NCBI GenBank assembly: GCA_029934055.1
Contig: JAOZMZ010000006.1
Span: 1 to 42,879 of the forward strand
Length of the DNA stretch: 42,879 bases
DNA from: Kiritimatiellia bacterium
GTDB taxonomy: Bacteria; Verrucomicrobiota; Kiritimatiellia; B70-G9
Reading direction: 5' to 3'
Positions 42,822 to 42,879 of the stretch are shown here, in pieces. Each line of letters opens with the position of its first letter. Position 1 is the stretch's first letter. Under the pieces are notes generated by a model. It was not told the origin of the DNA. It did not search any database and was given only the letters and a program-made list of their open reading frames with translations. Made by a program: the position numbers and the translations under genes.

Positions 42822-42879
42822 GACCCCATCGTCTAGCCAGGTCCAGGACATCAGGTTTTCATCCTGAAAACACGGGTTC
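42822..42879 (+). tRNA. tRNA-Glu (UUC), 3' end cut by the window edge
   Basis: GACCCCA UC GUC UAGCCAGGUCCAG GAC A UCAGG UUUUCAU CCUGA AAAC ACGGG UUC... is colinear with E. coli tRNA-Glu (GUCCCCUUCGUCUAG...). The anticodon loop gives UUC. The T-loop and acceptor 3' strand lie outside the window. Confidence 0.85.

Noticed and set aside
1-42879. CRISPR arrays, tandem-repeat arrays, IS elements, prophage, toxin-antitoxin or known defence-system genes
   Set aside because: Scanning all intergenic regions and ORF products by eye showed no regularly spaced repeats and no nuclease, helicase, methylase, RT or transposase-like proteins. This visual scan cannot exclude short or degenerate elements.

Overview
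GC-rich (roughly 60-65% by eye) chromosomal segment from a Gram-negative bacterium. LPS genes, a PEP-CTERM protein and many TPR proteins fit a PVC-type lineage (Verrucomicrobiota/Kiritimatiellota/Lentisphaerota), but that is a low-confidence guess. About 40 protein genes, 2 tRNAs (Cys-GCA complete, Glu-UUC cut by the window end) and 1 clear riboswitch. I saw no transposase, integrase, phage gene, CRISPR array or rRNA. Most of the window is housekeeping: pyruvate kinase; a SAM-I-riboswitch-controlled metY-metX-purU operon; a seven-gene translationally coupled envelope operon (lpxK, heptosyltransferase, three glycosyltransferases, a methyltransferase-like gene, murJ); trmB; ctp-tsaD; thiD-comEC; and a LacI regulator. 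The most system-like part is 32.6-36.8 kb. It holds an MglA Ras-like GTPase and its Roadblock-type partner MglB, translationally overlapped by an FHA+DUF4388 (PATAN-type) protein. Across a ~490 nt repeat-bearing intergenic region lies a diverging ~600 aa acidic protein that fuses a ComEA-like helix-hairpin-helix module to a second Roadblock/LC7 domain. No motility, pilus or Rom genes are nearby, so this looks like a GTPase polarity switch with an uncharacterised partner set and phospho-threonine input. Other candidates: a three-gene envelope operon behind a near-consensus promoter (membrane-anchored coiled-coil protein plus two sub-60-aa genes missing from the ORF track); a 120 aa sigma-70 region-2-only mini-sigma; an FHA-anchored membrane protein inside the ctp-tsaD transcription unit; and tRNA-Cys lying 20 nt from a DUF4438 gene. 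The ORF track labels TTG/GTG starts as M and reports longest ORFs, so many starts below are trimmed using RBS position and homolog N-termini. All calls come from reading the sequence and translations by eye; no searches were run.
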